DNA of 64,000 nt from assembly GCF_006345805.1 (NCBI RefSeq), contig NC_043003.1, forward strand, positions 32,116,001 through 32,180,000. The letters run 5' to 3'. Source of the DNA: Octopus sinensis. Its lineage: Eukaryota. A program made the translations under genes and the position numbers. This document shows, piece after piece, positions 15,087 to 28,563 of the stretch. A model generated the notes under the pieces. That model saw only the letters and a list, made by a program, of their open reading frames with translations. It was not told the origin of the DNA and did not search any database. Each line of letters begins with the position of its first letter. Positions within the stretch are counted from its first letter, which is position 1.

Positions 15087-15204
15087 ATATATGTGTGTGT
15101 GTGGTGTGTGTGTGTGTGTGTGTCTGTATATACATATATGTATACTTCTGCTACGTAAGCATGTATAAAAATATTCCAGATACCTGCAAGAGTAAGTATA
15201 TGTG

Positions 15205-15249
<45 letters not shown>

Positions 15250-15678
15250 CCAATACATACACCACGTGTTCCTATATGCATACACACATATACACACTCA
15301 CTTGTAAAAGTTCACAATTATATAAACCCATTTTTTTTATGGATATATATATAATATATATACATACATATACACACACACACTGTTTCACTATTTTATT
15401 TCTCATTTATTTAAAACTCATACGTAAAAGCTTTCATAATATATGAAAAACAAACATACCTTGTACTGTGTATGCATAATTTACATATAAGCCATATACC
15501 TACAGGTATAGACACATACTAATACCAGACATATGTATATGTGTGTGTGTCTGGATATATAAATATATTTACACACAAACTCATGCATATACATACATAT
15601 ACATACACATATACTTAATTATGCTCACATATATATTGTATGTTTATATATGTGTGTGTGTGTGTATATATATATGTG

Positions 15679-15710
<32 letters not shown>

Positions 15711-15940
15711 CCTGATGTATATATATGCATACATGCGTTGATTCATTGCGTGCTTGCAATAATAAATATATTAATATTTGCTCATACGGCTCCTGTTCTG
15801 CTCATATTCGCAGGCATATATGTTTGTATCTATGGTAAGGTAGTTGTTTGTATGCCTGTGTGTGCGTGTGTGCGTGCGTTGTGAATGGAATTTGGAGTGT
15901 GTGAGTGTGCGTGTGTGTTTGTGTGTGTGTATGTGTGTGT

Positions 15941-15997
<57 letters not shown>

Positions 15998-16368
15998 GAC
16001 ATATATTCATTCGTATAAATTTAGGCAGAGCACATGAATGCATGCATTATCATCGTAAATATCTTAAAACAATATGTGTTTATATATATATAGACATAAG
16101 CATGAGCATGTTGAATTCCGATGCACGTATATATATATATATATATAATATATATATATATCTATATATATATATATATATTCATGTGTGTGTATCAACA
16201 TATATATAATATATATATAGATATATATATATATATATACTATATAATATATATATATATATAGGTGTGTATATATATAATTAGATATATACATATATAT
16301 ATACATATATAATACGACATATATACGTATACATACATACACATACACATATATATATATATACACAC

Positions 16369-16402
<34 letters not shown>

Positions 16403-17839
16403 TATTTACACACATGCATACGCATACAGATATTTTTACACAAATATAATATATCTATATATATATATTAATAATAATATATTATATATATATATTGGTA
16501 TGTATGCATATGTATGAGCATTATGTGTTTTGGTCTCTTCAATGTATATTTATATGTGCGCCTGTACTTTGGAGTATATTGAATTCCGATGCATGCATAT
16601 ATATATATACACACACACAACATATATATATATATATATGCATATATATATATATATATATGCATATACAAACTTATATACATACATATATCTATGTATA
16701 ATGTATTTTACACACACACACTCACACATACACATATTACCTATATATATACATATATATATACATATCTATATATATATTATATATATCTAATATATAT
16801 ATATATAAATATAATATATATACACACATATATAATACATATATAAGCATATACATGTATACATTAATTATACTTACTTTGTTTTCTCCGGTTTTTGACA
16901 CTTATTTCACCTTTGGAATTGTGAATCTAACCACTTGATTCTCAATGAGTTAACGTGTAAAAGTCCTATGAAATTCATATCATCTGCCATTTTGGGGTTT
17001 ATTAATATTATTATGTTGCTTTTTTCAGTTTTTTTGTTTTTTGGTTTTTTTTTCCTTTTTCAGTTCACCTCATTCATTTTGACGCTGGTCTAAAGTGCCA
17101 AAAAAGTGAAGCACAGCACATGACGGAAAACTGCTATGAATTACAGCCAGACTTTGTTAAATAAGCTTTTCCTGGGATTTTCTTAAACATAGATGTATAT
17201 TAAAAGATCTACTATATTTTGGGGTTTTAAATTCAGTAATACTTTCTTTCTTTTCCGTTCTATACAAATGATGCGAATTTTGTTAGTGTGTGATCATATA
17301 CGCTGCTTGCACTACATAATTTTGTTTGTTGTCATTACCTGTAGGTTCTAAATTTGTGTCTGTATTTTTAAATATATATAATAGGAATGGATGCTTGTCT
17401 TTTACAGAAGTTTGAATTTATGTTACTACTAATGTTTCGGTGTTGTTTTCTCTGTTATAGATATTGTTCTAACATAACTTTCGATCTTCGTATTTCTTCA
17501 ATTTTCAAATGACACTACGTATATATTACATTCGTTTTCACATATAACCAATATGTTATTAAACTGTATTGATTTTCTAGGCCTGTGTATATAAATGAAT
17601 ACTTTGAAATAGTTTATACAATTCTTTCGCTGATTTAAACTTCAGCTGTTTTCATACTGTTGTGTGCGTGAATATATTTCAAATGTGTGTGTATATTTTA
17701 TACAGTATGTTTACATATATCCTTTTGATTGTGTTTGGTGCATGATTTTCTTTGAATTGTCAACTGTTTCTTTTAAATCTTGTTTTTAGTCCTGGTTTCT
17801 GCTAACGTTGTTTACTTCATTGCATATCTCAGGAAATTC

Positions 17840-18598
17840 TCATCGACGTTCGAAAATGAACTCATTATAATGCTGCCATTTTGATTCTTCCGTGTCGAGT
17901 CCTGGCTTGATTTCTCCGGCACTGTTGGTACCGGAGCCGCAAGAACCAGCCAAGTAAAACCCCTGTTCTACAAGCATGTCAAATGCCTGTTCCAAGAAAG
18001 TGTGTTTGAGAAAAAATCGAGACGTATACCGGTCTTCTGTTCCGCGATCTGGGTCCCGACTTTCATTCAAAGTATCTTGGAATACCTCTCGACAGAGAGA
18101 TACCTTCCCACAGACAATAATTCTGGCAAGCTTTCGGAATTTGACGTCGGCAAGCCCATCCCTTCCAAAGGCAAATGTCCCACGATATCCAACGGTAATG
18201 TAGCCAGGTTGCTTGCCAGTTATCAACCCGTTACAACAAACGTTTGTCGATTGTCCTATGGATTTTGAAACACTTATTGTTGAAAGATTGCGAACCAAGT
18301 TAGGCAGACGGAAATATTCAGCTTCTGTCTTCAGACGATCTTTTTCGTGAAAATTCTCAGGTAGAATCAGTTTTTGATTTCGTAAGTAATCAAGAATGTA
18401 TCTGAAAAGCACACCATCGCGATCCAAAAAAAACTTTCCTTTCGAATCTCGTAAAATCGGCGTTTTTCCAGAGTTTGAAAACATCTGTGAAAGTAAAGAA
18501 TCAGGTTCTTTCCTTAGTGTATTTAATGTAGTTGTGTAAGACACTCCACCAACATTTAACTCCAAAATTTCAGGAAGATCTGCCGCTTTCTCCGACAT
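17840..18598 (-). CDS. KCTD12/16-like: BTB/POZ (T1) domain protein of the KCTD8/12/16 family, single coding exon, 252 aa
   Basis: N-terminal T1-BTB (LELNVGGVSYTTTLNTL...FFLDRDGVLFRYILDYLR...EAEYFRL) and H1 domain (GYITVGYRG...KFRKLARIIVCGK...LNESRDPDR...YTSRFFLKHTFLEQAFDML). ACC-ATG start context, TGA stop, no interruptions. Confidence 0.96.
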   Translation of the reverse strand: MSEKAADLPEILELNVGGVSYTTTLNTLRKEPDSLLSQMFSNSGKTPILRDSKGKFFLDRDGVLFRYILDYLRNQKLILPENFHEKDRLKTEAEYFRLPNLVRNLSTISVSKSIGQSTNVCCNGLITGKQPGYITVGYRGTFAFGRDGLADVKFRKLARIIVCGKVSLCREVFQDTLNESRDPDRGTEDRYTSRFFLKHTFLEQAFDMLVEQGFYLAGSCGSGTNSAGEIKPGLDTEESKWQHYNEFIFERR

Positions 18599-19456
18599 GG
18601 TTGTCTGTTTACAGTGGTCTCAGTAAAAGCTGTAGCGATATGGACTTATTAGCTTCCCTGCTCGCAAAGTGTTGCCGTTTTATTGTTGTTGTTAACGTAA
18701 TGAATATATGTGTACGTATGTGTGTGTATATAAATGTTCATGTGTATGTTTGTGTACAAATATATTTATATGTAAATACGAACAAATATAAATACGTGAG
18801 CGTGTGTGTGTGTGTGTATATATATCTATATACACACACACAAAACTGAAGAAAATATGCGTTTGTTTTTATGTCCAAGTAGTGTGTAACATCAATTATC
18901 TCACAACAGCAATAAAGAAGATGTAGTATTGACCAGACCGAGTGACTTCACTGAAGTATACTTCTCCGCAGCTATTCTCCGATAGTAGTAATTTTGAACG
19001 GATATTGGTGAAATTCGTGTGTAAATATTTTTTATGGGAACGTATCTACACACGATCGTATGCATGTAAAATATACACGTCAAATCACATGAAATGGAGA
19101 GTAAATCAGGAGCAGTTTTCAAGATGTATATGTATTACACATACAGCGATGCGCATACATATGAATGCTATTCACATCGAAGATGATGGACTGACTGACG
19201 ATGATGAACGTTAACTCCAGTGCGTCGATATAATGTCAAACATTAAAACACAAATAAGCTAAAAAAAAAATCTTTCTCTTGATACGGTCCCTACAAAATA
19301 TTATGTTGAATGAAATCAAAAAACAAAAGCACCCCAATAGTTCTCGTTAATAAACAACACTCTCACACACATACACACACGCGCAATAAATTATAAATTA
19401 TTCTGTCTTTCCTAGTATGGTTTTCACAGGGCAGAATTTAGTCCTTGTGTTCGCAA

Positions 19457-19486
19457 CACTAATTCATATGGCCAGCGCATTTATAT
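19457..19486 (-). promoter_or_regulatory. Candidate TATA/Inr core promoter for the KCTD gene
   Basis: Minus-strand TATAAAT (19485-19479) with TTAGTG about 25 bp downstream, in a non-repetitive, relatively CpG-rich patch about 860 bp upstream of the ATG. Spacing is slightly short; weak evidence. Confidence 0.2.
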
Positions 19487-19669
19487 GGAAATGCTCGCTT
19501 GTGTAATCGCATCGGCGTGTTCGTCTTCTCTGCGTGCATATTAAGGTGAAATCGACTGCTGATAATGTAAATTGATACTGCCAGCAGTTGCCAGTACGAC
19601 ACAGGCACGCTTACACACACACACACTTGTTTCCTTCGGTGTTCGCCTCCTCCTCCTACTACAACTAAA

Positions 19670-20199
19670 TACTACTACCTCTTCTTCTTCTTCTTCTTCT
19701 TCTTCTTCTTCTTCTTCTTCTTCTTCTTCTTCTTCTTCTTCTTCTTCTTCTTTATTCCCCTCTTCCACCCTTCTTCTTCTTCTTATTCCAACTACTCACT
19801 CCTACTCTTTTAATGTTTGACTTCCTTTCACTCCTACTTCTTCACTCTCCTTTCTCTTTTAATTTCGAAATTCCCCTTCCATTTTATTTATTTATCTATT
19901 TACGTTCTTTTACCTTCTTTCCTTCCCTCCCTCCTTCTTTTCTTTCTTTCTTTCTTTCAATTCATTTTATTTTATTTTATTTTATTTCATTTTCGGTTTC
20001 TTTGTTTCTACCTTTTTTATTTTATTCAGTACAGCTTCTATTCTCAACGGTAGCATACAGTGGGATCCTAGCTTAGTATACAATAACAATGAGGTGTGTG
20101 GTAATTAGTAGCATTTTACATCACGATTATGATCATGACTATGATTATACACATTACTATTACTTATTATCATCATCATCATCATCATCATCATTATTA

Positions 20200-20256
<57 letters not shown>

Positions 20257-20377
20257 GCCAATATCGGAGACTAGTAGCATGGAATGCAGGAAGGTAACGT
20301 ACAGTTGTATACAGAAGCAATGTATATATATATAGTATATATATGCATGTGTGTGTGTAAGTGTGTGTATGTATACA

Positions 20378-20416
<39 letters not shown>

Positions 20417-20479
20417 AATACAAATATGTGTGTGTATATATACAACCGGAGATAAAGATAATGATAGAGATGGATAAAT

Positions 20480-20537
<58 letters not shown>

Positions 20538-22262
20538 ACAGAGAGACAGACAGACAGATATTTTTCCGCTAGGCGTAGGGCGTTAGTTGCCCTCCTCCGA
20601 CGTACGACTACATTCTATTGCTCGATTTAAACAAGTGTGTATATTTTAACAATGGGAATTTTCTCTCTTGTTCGTTTCGCGTGTGCTACTACAGGCTGCT
20701 ACTGCTGCTACTGCTGCTGCTACCGCCGTCATTACTACTGCTGCTGCTGATGATGATGATTTTGATGATGGTGAAGGTGGTGGTGATGATCGTTGTGGTT
20801 GTGATGGTGGTTGTGGTGGGTGTGGCGGAGGTTGTGATGGTTGCTCTCGTTCGATCGCTGCCACCAGTGCAGCTGTTGAAAGTGCTATAGTTGTAGTAGT
20901 GGTGCTGACGGTAGTCTTGGTAGTGGTAGTGGTGGTGGTGGTGGTGGTGGTGGTGGTGGTGGTAGCAGTAGTTGTTTTTGTTGTTGTAATAGCAATAGTA
21001 GTTGTAGCGAAAACAGCAGCAGCAGCAGCAGCTGAAATTGCTGTCATTTAACGTTTTTGTTTAGACCCAGATCAATCCCCTTCGGATAGACTCGCGCTGA
21101 AAGGCGTTCCAGCCAAGCCCATGCCATCCATGTAAGGTTACTTAGAAAGGGGTACATCATTAAATGTGTCCTTTCATTTTTCAAGACTTCATATTGTGAT
21201 TTGAAGGAGATTTCTTTGCTATTTTAAGCAGTTTGTGCAACCAAGAAAACCATTTCACCACCGATGATGCCATTTTTTTTTAGCCCTTGGTCAGCCATGA
21301 TCCAGCAAAGCTCTGATCAAAGGTATTTCAGGCATGCCCATCCAGTCAATTTTGTGTATCAGGGACTACTACAACGTCCAATATGTTCCGACGTCTTTCC
21401 AGAGAGTAATGTGTGTGATACGAAATAGATTTGACTGCTATTTCTAACGGATTGAGCAAGCCTGTGGGAGTTGCGTAGTCGCAATTCTTGTTGACGTTGT
21501 TATTGTAAAGTGCCATAACCACGTAAGGTGATTATTGTTGCAGATGATGCTGTTGTTGTTATTGTCGCTTTCGTTGTTGTTGTTGCAGCTAATGCTGCTG
21601 TTATTGATATTGTTGGTCATGTTCTTGTTGCTGCTGTTGTGCTTTTCATTCGTGTGCCACTGCTGTTTAAAGCTGTTGCAGTTGGCCACTGCCGTTGCAG
21701 TTGCTATTAACATTGCAATTATTGTTATTAGTGCAACTCATTTTTGTTGTTGTTAGTACTGCTCACAAGTACTTCTGATATTGTTGTTGCCGTTTTCTTT
21801 ATTTTTTTCTTTTCATTAGAGGTATTCAATACTATATTTGCGTTGGTTAGTTCTGTAGTAGTAGTTGTTGTAGTTGCTCTAGTTTTTGTTGTTGTTGTTG
21901 TTATTGTTGATGGTGGTAGTAGATGTGGCGGTGGCGGCGGTGCTGCTGCTACTCGCTAGTCTTCTGGAGTTATTGTTGTTTATATTGTTGCTGTTAGCTT
22001 TCTATTAGAAGCGTGCTGCAGTGCACGATTTTAACCAACATGTTGTAGAACTGTGATGCAGTTCTCCCTGTCTCTATCTCACTGTCACACACACATAAAT
22101 AGATATAGAAATCGACATACATACATATACAAATACACACACACAAATATATACATACATACATGTATCTCTCTCCTACCCTTCTCTCTCTTTCTTTCTC
22201 TATGTATCTCTATATACCTATGTATCCATTTATCTCTCTATATGTATGTATATATATATATA

Positions 22263-22308
<46 letters not shown>

Positions 22309-22500
22309 GACAGAGAAAACAGAGACAGATATAAATGGATAGATAGGTATATAGAGATAGATAGAGAAAGAAAGAGAGAGAGGGAGAGAGAAGGGGAGGA
22401 GAGAAATACATATATATACCTAAGGTATTTGTGTGTGTCTGTGGTTGTACACAAATATACAGACATATACATATGTGTATATGTACGTAGGTAAACATAT
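19670..22500. repeat. Low-complexity block: (CTT)n, (ATC)n, (ATT)n, (GA)n, (GGT)n, (TGC)n, (TGT)n
   Basis: Directly visible trinucleotide and dinucleotide arrays; they explain the poly-E/S/L/V/T ORFs. Confidence 0.95.
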
Positions 22501-22830
22501 GTATTAATAAAATTAGATTAATATTAATTTTGTTTTTATTCGGAGGAATACATATACGGAATCTAGGAACCCTACTGCATAGATTAAATATAATGCTTGT
22601 TCTCGTTGATCATCTATTCCATAGCCGAGGACCATTTGGTTCAGGCAATATGCTTAATGCGTATTGGTTCAGTAATAATGTTTTCGTATTCAGTGTTTCT
22701 ATTGTATTCAGTTTTGTTATATGTATAACTATAAAGAAAGCCCTACTAGATTAGTAGTATTCCCATTATTACTTGTTCAATTCAGTCTGTTTTTCTTTTG
22801 TATGTGTGTGTGCGTTTGGTGGTTTATGTA

Positions 22831-22990
22831 GAAGAGTGGTTATGTGGCAAGAAACTTGTTTGCTAACCACATGCTTCTTGGTTCAGTTGCACCGCATAAC
22901 ACCTTGGGGAAGTGTCTTCTAGTAGAGCCTCGGGACGACAAAAACCTTGTGAGTAGATTTGGTAGACCAAAAGTAAAAGAAATCCATCGT
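22831..22990 (+). mobile_element. tRNA-derived SINE head (family 1)
   Basis: AGAGTGGTTATGTGGCAAG...GGTTCAGTTGC...AAGTGTCTTCTAGTAGAGCCTCGGG...CCTTGTGAGTAGATTTGGTAGAC matches the other copies. Confidence 0.75.
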
Positions 22991-23007
22991 ATATATATAT
23001 ATCAATG

Positions 23008-23093
<86 letters not shown>

Positions 23094-24535
23094 TGAATAA
23101 TATATAAATAAATGCATATATACATTTATATACATATCTACATATATATGTACATATATACATGCATATATGGCTACAGGTCATAAAAAAAACGTTGAAC
23201 ACAATGAGAAACGAAAAGATAAAAACAAAAATATAGAAAGCGAACTCATTTTTGAGCAACGAAACAAAACAGAGAAACGAGAGATGTAACATAAAGAATA
23301 TTCCCCTTCATCAGTTGTCCCTGTTTCATCTACTCCGCGTTTCGGTAATATATATCTATGTGTGTGTGTGTGTTGTGTCTCTGACTGTCCTCCCATTTTT
23401 TTATGGTTTCATCGGAGGTAAGGCAAATTTTGAGGGGTGTGGATGGTAAGAAATCATCTTTAGACTCAAGATGTGAGCGAAAAGTTTACAATAGAGTAGA
23501 CTGCTTTAAATAATCCATAGGTTAGGTAGTGTTATTGAATTGAGAGTGGGGGTGTCTTATAAAGTGTATTGCTGTAGACTAACTGTGGAACCACCGTTGA
23601 GTCTTCAAATTCACTTTCTATCGTCTATTACTAACAAAGCTTTTGTCGATCCAAAACTTTTGGAAAAGATTCATACTCAGATTGTTCTGCATTGAAATCG
23701 AACCTGAAACTACGTAGCCCCTCAACGCAATAAAACTTGTGCCCTAACCATCTGAAAGAAGTAATCTTTACATCCAGTTATACAGACTGGCGCAAATGCT
23801 ACTTTCACCCTTAAAACTTAAATGATATTTTAAAATTGTAATCTTTTATATTTGTTAATCTTAAAGGTGCCTAATGAAAGTCTGGTAGCTTTCTAAGCTT
23901 GGGAAAATACACGACTGAACAAAGGATGTTTGTTATATTTTAATATAAAACAATCATTCTAATCAGACCATGGGACAACTCTATATAACACATATATATT
24001 GAACAAAACATAATAGAATTAAATTGTAAATATCTGAGATGCGGAAATTTAAAATAAGAAATAGTAATAGGCATATTGGCCAGGTTGTCAGTGTCGGATA
24101 GCTGTTTTGTGGAATGTTTTTTCTGCATTTTGGGTTCAAAACACGCTCAATGTTAGGTTTGTTTTCTTCCTTCGGACTTCTGAAAATAAAATTCACCTCC
24201 CCATCGTTATTTCTACTTGTTGATTTCTCACTGCTTTCTGGAAAATAGACGTTATCAAACCTGGGAGGGAAGGGCTCGGCCTTCTTTTAAAATTGCTCTC
24301 GACGTTTTCCGTACGACTTCACTAAGACTTCTGCCAATGACCCAGTAGATAAGAGTATAGTAACCTACTGTTGAGAAACAATGTGTTCAACAACAGGATC
24401 CAGTCTAGCATTTGTTTGACATCCGAGAAATTAAACGATTGATAAACATTTCAGATTAAATCAATGGAAATGTAGTGTAGATGCACATATTAAAAATAAC
24501 TCTTTTATCTTCAGACACAAAGTTCAGGCACAAGA

Positions 24536-24905
24536 GAGGCGTGTGGTGATAAGCTGCCTTCCCGAATACATGGTTTCGGAATTAAACCCACCTTGTGGCA
24601 CCTTGGGAAACCCTCCTATACTATTGTCTCATACCGCTCAAAATGTGGGAGTAGTTAGGAATCTAAATCGTAGGAGACAGACACACAACTTCACTTTTTT
24701 ATATAAAGATATGTTGCTGTAGGGATATGAGCAACTTTGCTTTGTCCCTCCTCAACACCATCTGGCAATAGGTGTTCGTTTGTTTACGTCCCCGTAACTT
24801 AGCTGTTTGGCACTGGAACCGATTGAACAAGTACCAGACTTTAGAAAAATAAGTGGTGCAGACGATTGTTCTACTAATCACTTTCCGATGACTGAAACAA
24901 GTAAA
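24536..24905 (+). mobile_element. Decayed family 1 SINE carrying a Helitron 5'-end fragment (about 24635-24709)
   Basis: SINE head and tail (TTTACGTCCCCGTAACTTAG...TGACTGAAACAAGTAA) flank AAAATGTGGGAGTAGTTAGGAATCTAAATCG...TATAAAGA, which matches 31330-31403. Confidence 0.65.
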
Positions 24906-25679
24906 TATTTAAAATTGTAAACTTTATGCGGGGAAAATGATAATGAAGATAACACGACACGGTTCGTGTCTGGTATTTTGTCTGAGAACAATTTTACTCC
25001 CTTACTCTCACCTGTAACGGAGCGTCATAAGCTTTCTCATTTCTATTTTGACAAGGCAATTATAAACACATAAAGAAAGAAATATATTTGATAAAAACCT
25101 CATCATTTTTCTTTCTATTTTTATTTTGTATATTTCAACGATAGTAACACCACAGGATTAATCAAGTGAATTAAAATAATAGCAAAATATCGAGTAAATC
25201 TTGTCACGCAGATTGTGCAACTTCGGCAATGAATGATTTGACAGGAACCGTGGGCAAACTATTTCTTGAATGTTCAGAAAAAAGAACTCGCACAAAATGT
25301 TAAAAGAAGCGCCATTCCGGCGATAACTAAGGAAAAACACAAACAACATTGTTTATATAGCACTCGCCTACATGAAAACTGCAATGCCAACAGACCAACA
25401 GACACTGAACTTAAAACCATCGACATTTTTCAGTTAGTGAACAAATGATTTATACAAGTTACGGTATCAGTGTCACGATAGTACGAGGTAACATCAGCAT
25501 TAAGCTTAATGCCATATATTCAAGATAATATTGTTAGATGATATATATATATATATATATATGTTATATTATATATAATATATATATAATATATATATAC
25601 AGAGAAAGAGGAGCGAAGAGAGAGAGAGAGAGAAAGATTGCTAGCTAGCTAGCTAGATAGAAAGATAGACAGAGAGATG

Positions 25680-25985
25680 CGTGGCTTAGGATAGGTAAGG
25701 AGATAGTGTATTCTGCTGTCGATAGTAAGGTTGTGAGTTCGATTCCTGACAGCATGTTCTGTCCTTGAGCCAGACACTCTATATTACGTTGCTCGAGTCC
25801 ACTCAGTGGCAAATATGATTTGTGCCTTTATTTCAAGCTGCAACCTTGTAACATTTAGTGTCAGGCTGAATCTCCCCGAGGACTACGTTTGTGAAGTAGT
25901 CAGCCGCTTGCACGTTTATTTCACAACGAGACTGTCCAGTTGATCAACTGGAACACTCGGCGTCGTAAGCGACGGAATGCCAGTT
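25680..25985 (+). mobile_element. tRNA-derived SINE (family 2 tail)
   Basis: B-box GAGTTCGATTCC; tail GCTGAATCTCCCCGAGGACTACG...GTCGTAAGCGACGGAATG shared with 40.45 kb and 43.2 kb. Confidence 0.7.
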
Positions 25986-25990
25986 GTATG

Positions 25991-26032
<42 letters not shown>

Positions 26033-26099
26033 TAGAAATATTAAATTTCTGACACAGTATACAATCGCTCTCTCTCTCTCTCTCGCTCTCTCTTTATAT

Positions 26100-26295
26100 A
26101 TTATATATATACGCATTTTTTTCTCTCCTTGTTTCTCTCGTGTTTTTTTCTGTGTATCTTTCTGTTGAAGAGCGTAGACTCGAAACGTAAAAGACTTTTT
26201 TTATTTATATTCCTGAGCGCCATACTAATACAATTGTTTGTTTGTATTCCACCTGCCTTCGTCTTTTGTTTATTTTCATAAAGCTTCCCGTTACA
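26100..26295 (+). mobile_element. Penelope-type terminal repeat (family D) with atypical hammerhead-like motif at 26157-26194
   Basis: Homologous to 43580-43750 (+), 40870-41000 (-) and 49610-49745; the 40.9 and 43.6 kb copies flank GIY-YIG/RT coding sequence. Confidence 0.7.
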
Positions 26296-26374
<79 letters not shown>

Positions 26375-26445
26375 TAAAAACGGTAAGATAACAAAAGAAA
26401 GAAAGAGACCTCAATATTATGTAAATAGAGGAAATTTATCTATAA

Positions 26446-26940
26446 AATAATATGTTACAATTATTCAAAAGTCAAGATAAAACTTTGAGTTTCGGATACC
26501 GAACTGGAAATCCACAACACCATCTCTTCGGTTATCTGGCCATCTGAAAAACGCTATGAAAAAATACCGTTATATAAAGGAAAATTACTGTGTTATAATT
26601 CCGCTACTTACATAAATTAAGATTAAACGTTCATAGTAACCATGTAAACATGGCTATTCATACGCTCACATGTGCCCTCGCGGACCCACGTGCGTACTTA
26701 TACGTCACTATGAAAACGTACACATCTTCACTCGCAGTTTTCGCCAAATGTATACGCTTATATATACAAACTCATACACACACATGCGTATGTAAAAGGA
26801 ATTTCCCTTTATATAACGGTTTTTTTTCATAGCGTTTTTCAAATGGCCAGATAACCGAAAAGATGATGTTGTGGATTTCCACTTCGGCATCCGAAACTCA
26901 GAATTTTATCTTGACTTTTGAATAATTGTAACATATTATT
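26446..26940. repeat. Long inverted repeat (arms 26446-26586 and 26800-26940) containing hammerhead-like folds
   Basis: Arms of about 141 bp with about 9 mismatches by hand alignment; spacer about 213 bp. Confidence 0.92.
26475..26537 (-). ncRNA. Hammerhead-like ribozyme (family C, CCGAAGA core)
   Basis: Stem I AGATAA/TTATCT, core CCGAAGA, stem II GATG/TATC plus an extra C, GAA, stem III ACT-CAA-AGT, GUU site. The plus-strand mirror copy (26849-26911) has core mutations. Confidence 0.5.
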
Positions 26941-27275
26941 ATATATATATATATATATATATATGAAAGAAAGAATAAATAGAGTCAAATGAATAGGAAA
27001 TACGATTCGATAGCTAATTAATGACCACAACACATGTTTCGATACAACATAGATCCACATATATACAGAATTTGAATTTAAATTATGTAACGGTTTACCT
27101 GTCTAATAGGACCTAGATGTATCTCGTCAGGTGATATATAATCTCCGTCTCCGTAACTAAATGTTTGAATTCGGGGCTATCATATTCAACTGGCTCCTTT
27201 GAATCTGGTAATTCTAAGGGCGAATGAGCTCTGTTTTGTACTCTAATACGTTCTTTACGGAATACACATCAACTA

Positions 27276-27368
<93 letters not shown>

Positions 27369-27369
27369 G

Positions 27370-27420
<51 letters not shown>

Positions 27421-27421
27421 G

Positions 27422-27478
<57 letters not shown>

Positions 27479-27507
27479 GGATATATATACATATATATGT
27501 ATATATA

Positions 27508-27584
<77 letters not shown>

Positions 27585-28251
27585 CAGAGTTGACGGGGTA
27601 CCATATTTGAACTCCCTATTACTGAATAATTAAACATTATACAATCCACAGATAACATTCTAAACTCTAGGGATGAAACATCTCCCTGCATACACAGGCA
27701 ATATTTTACATTCTGTAATTTCAAAGTAGAGTCACTATATTCGACGGTAATCCCATGTGAACTCTGGACACCCATAGCATGCAAACTGAACACAGAAGAA
27801 ATATGCCCTAATCACGTAATACCTTCGCACACAAGTATAAGAATGTCATGAATAGAACAAAAATAAAATAATGCAAACAAATTGACAGCACAACAATTTG
27901 CTCTTTGGACAAATCCAAGGGAGACAAATATCCAAAAGATGCCATCAAGATTAACGTCATTGTTTTATTCACATGAATTGACGAGAATCTCCGCTAAGTC
28001 AAAGAAGCTGTGTGTTCGAAAATGGCGACGAATGTCTTTTTGCATCTGATTGGCTTGAAATATTGTTAAGACATTGAGAGGCTTTCCTACTTTTCTTAAC
28101 ATGGAACCAACGGTTGCCTTAATTCACAAATAAAGAACTTATATCCACCAATGCGGTGTTGAGGACTCATTTTAATAGTTCGATATTTACGTACATACAC
28201 ACAGACACAGACACACACACACACACAGATGTTGAGATAGGCTCTCTTTCT

Positions 28252-28330
28252 TTCCTGATGAGAAGATTGCATTTTACAACGTTTATTCCTTTGGAATAAA
28301 ACCAATGTTGTCTTCGAAACATATGTCGAA
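28252..28330 (+). ncRNA. Type I hammerhead ribozyme with canonical core
   Basis: TTC | CTGATGA | GAAGA...TCTTC (stem II with inner hairpin TTTATTCC-TTT-GGAATAAA) | GAA | ACATATGT (palindromic stem III) | C (GUC site) | GAA. All conserved core nucleotides are present; stem I is short. Confidence 0.8.
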
Positions 28331-28529
28331 CGTAAAAGACTTTTAATAACATCTGCGTTCAACTCCATTTATTTACTTATACTATACAAATTACTGCACA
28401 TTAACCCGGAGTTTCTACCTTTGAATAGGTTGCTTCATCCGTGTTACTTGCGTGAATTTTTCTACCCTGGTAACTGTTTATTGAATTTTCCATTTTAACG
28501 GTAAACAAAGGATAATTCATTCATCCATT

Positions 28530-28563
<34 letters not shown>

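Noticed and set aside
19195-19240. CTGACGA hammerhead core match
   Set aside because: No stem II, GAAA or stem I complement follows.
20618-21051. Mucin-like or poly-T/V/A ORFs on both strands
   Set aside because: Mixed trinucleotide repeats open in several frames; no splice or domain support.
23295-23350. Minus-strand GAAAC-GCGGA-GTA...CTGATGA-AGGGG (type II-like order)
   Set aside because: Stem I does not pair and the 5' side is cut by microsatellite; the fold cannot be supported from this copy.
27080-27140. Minus-strand CTGACGA
   Set aside because: Followed by GTAAAC rather than GAAAC, with no coherent stems.
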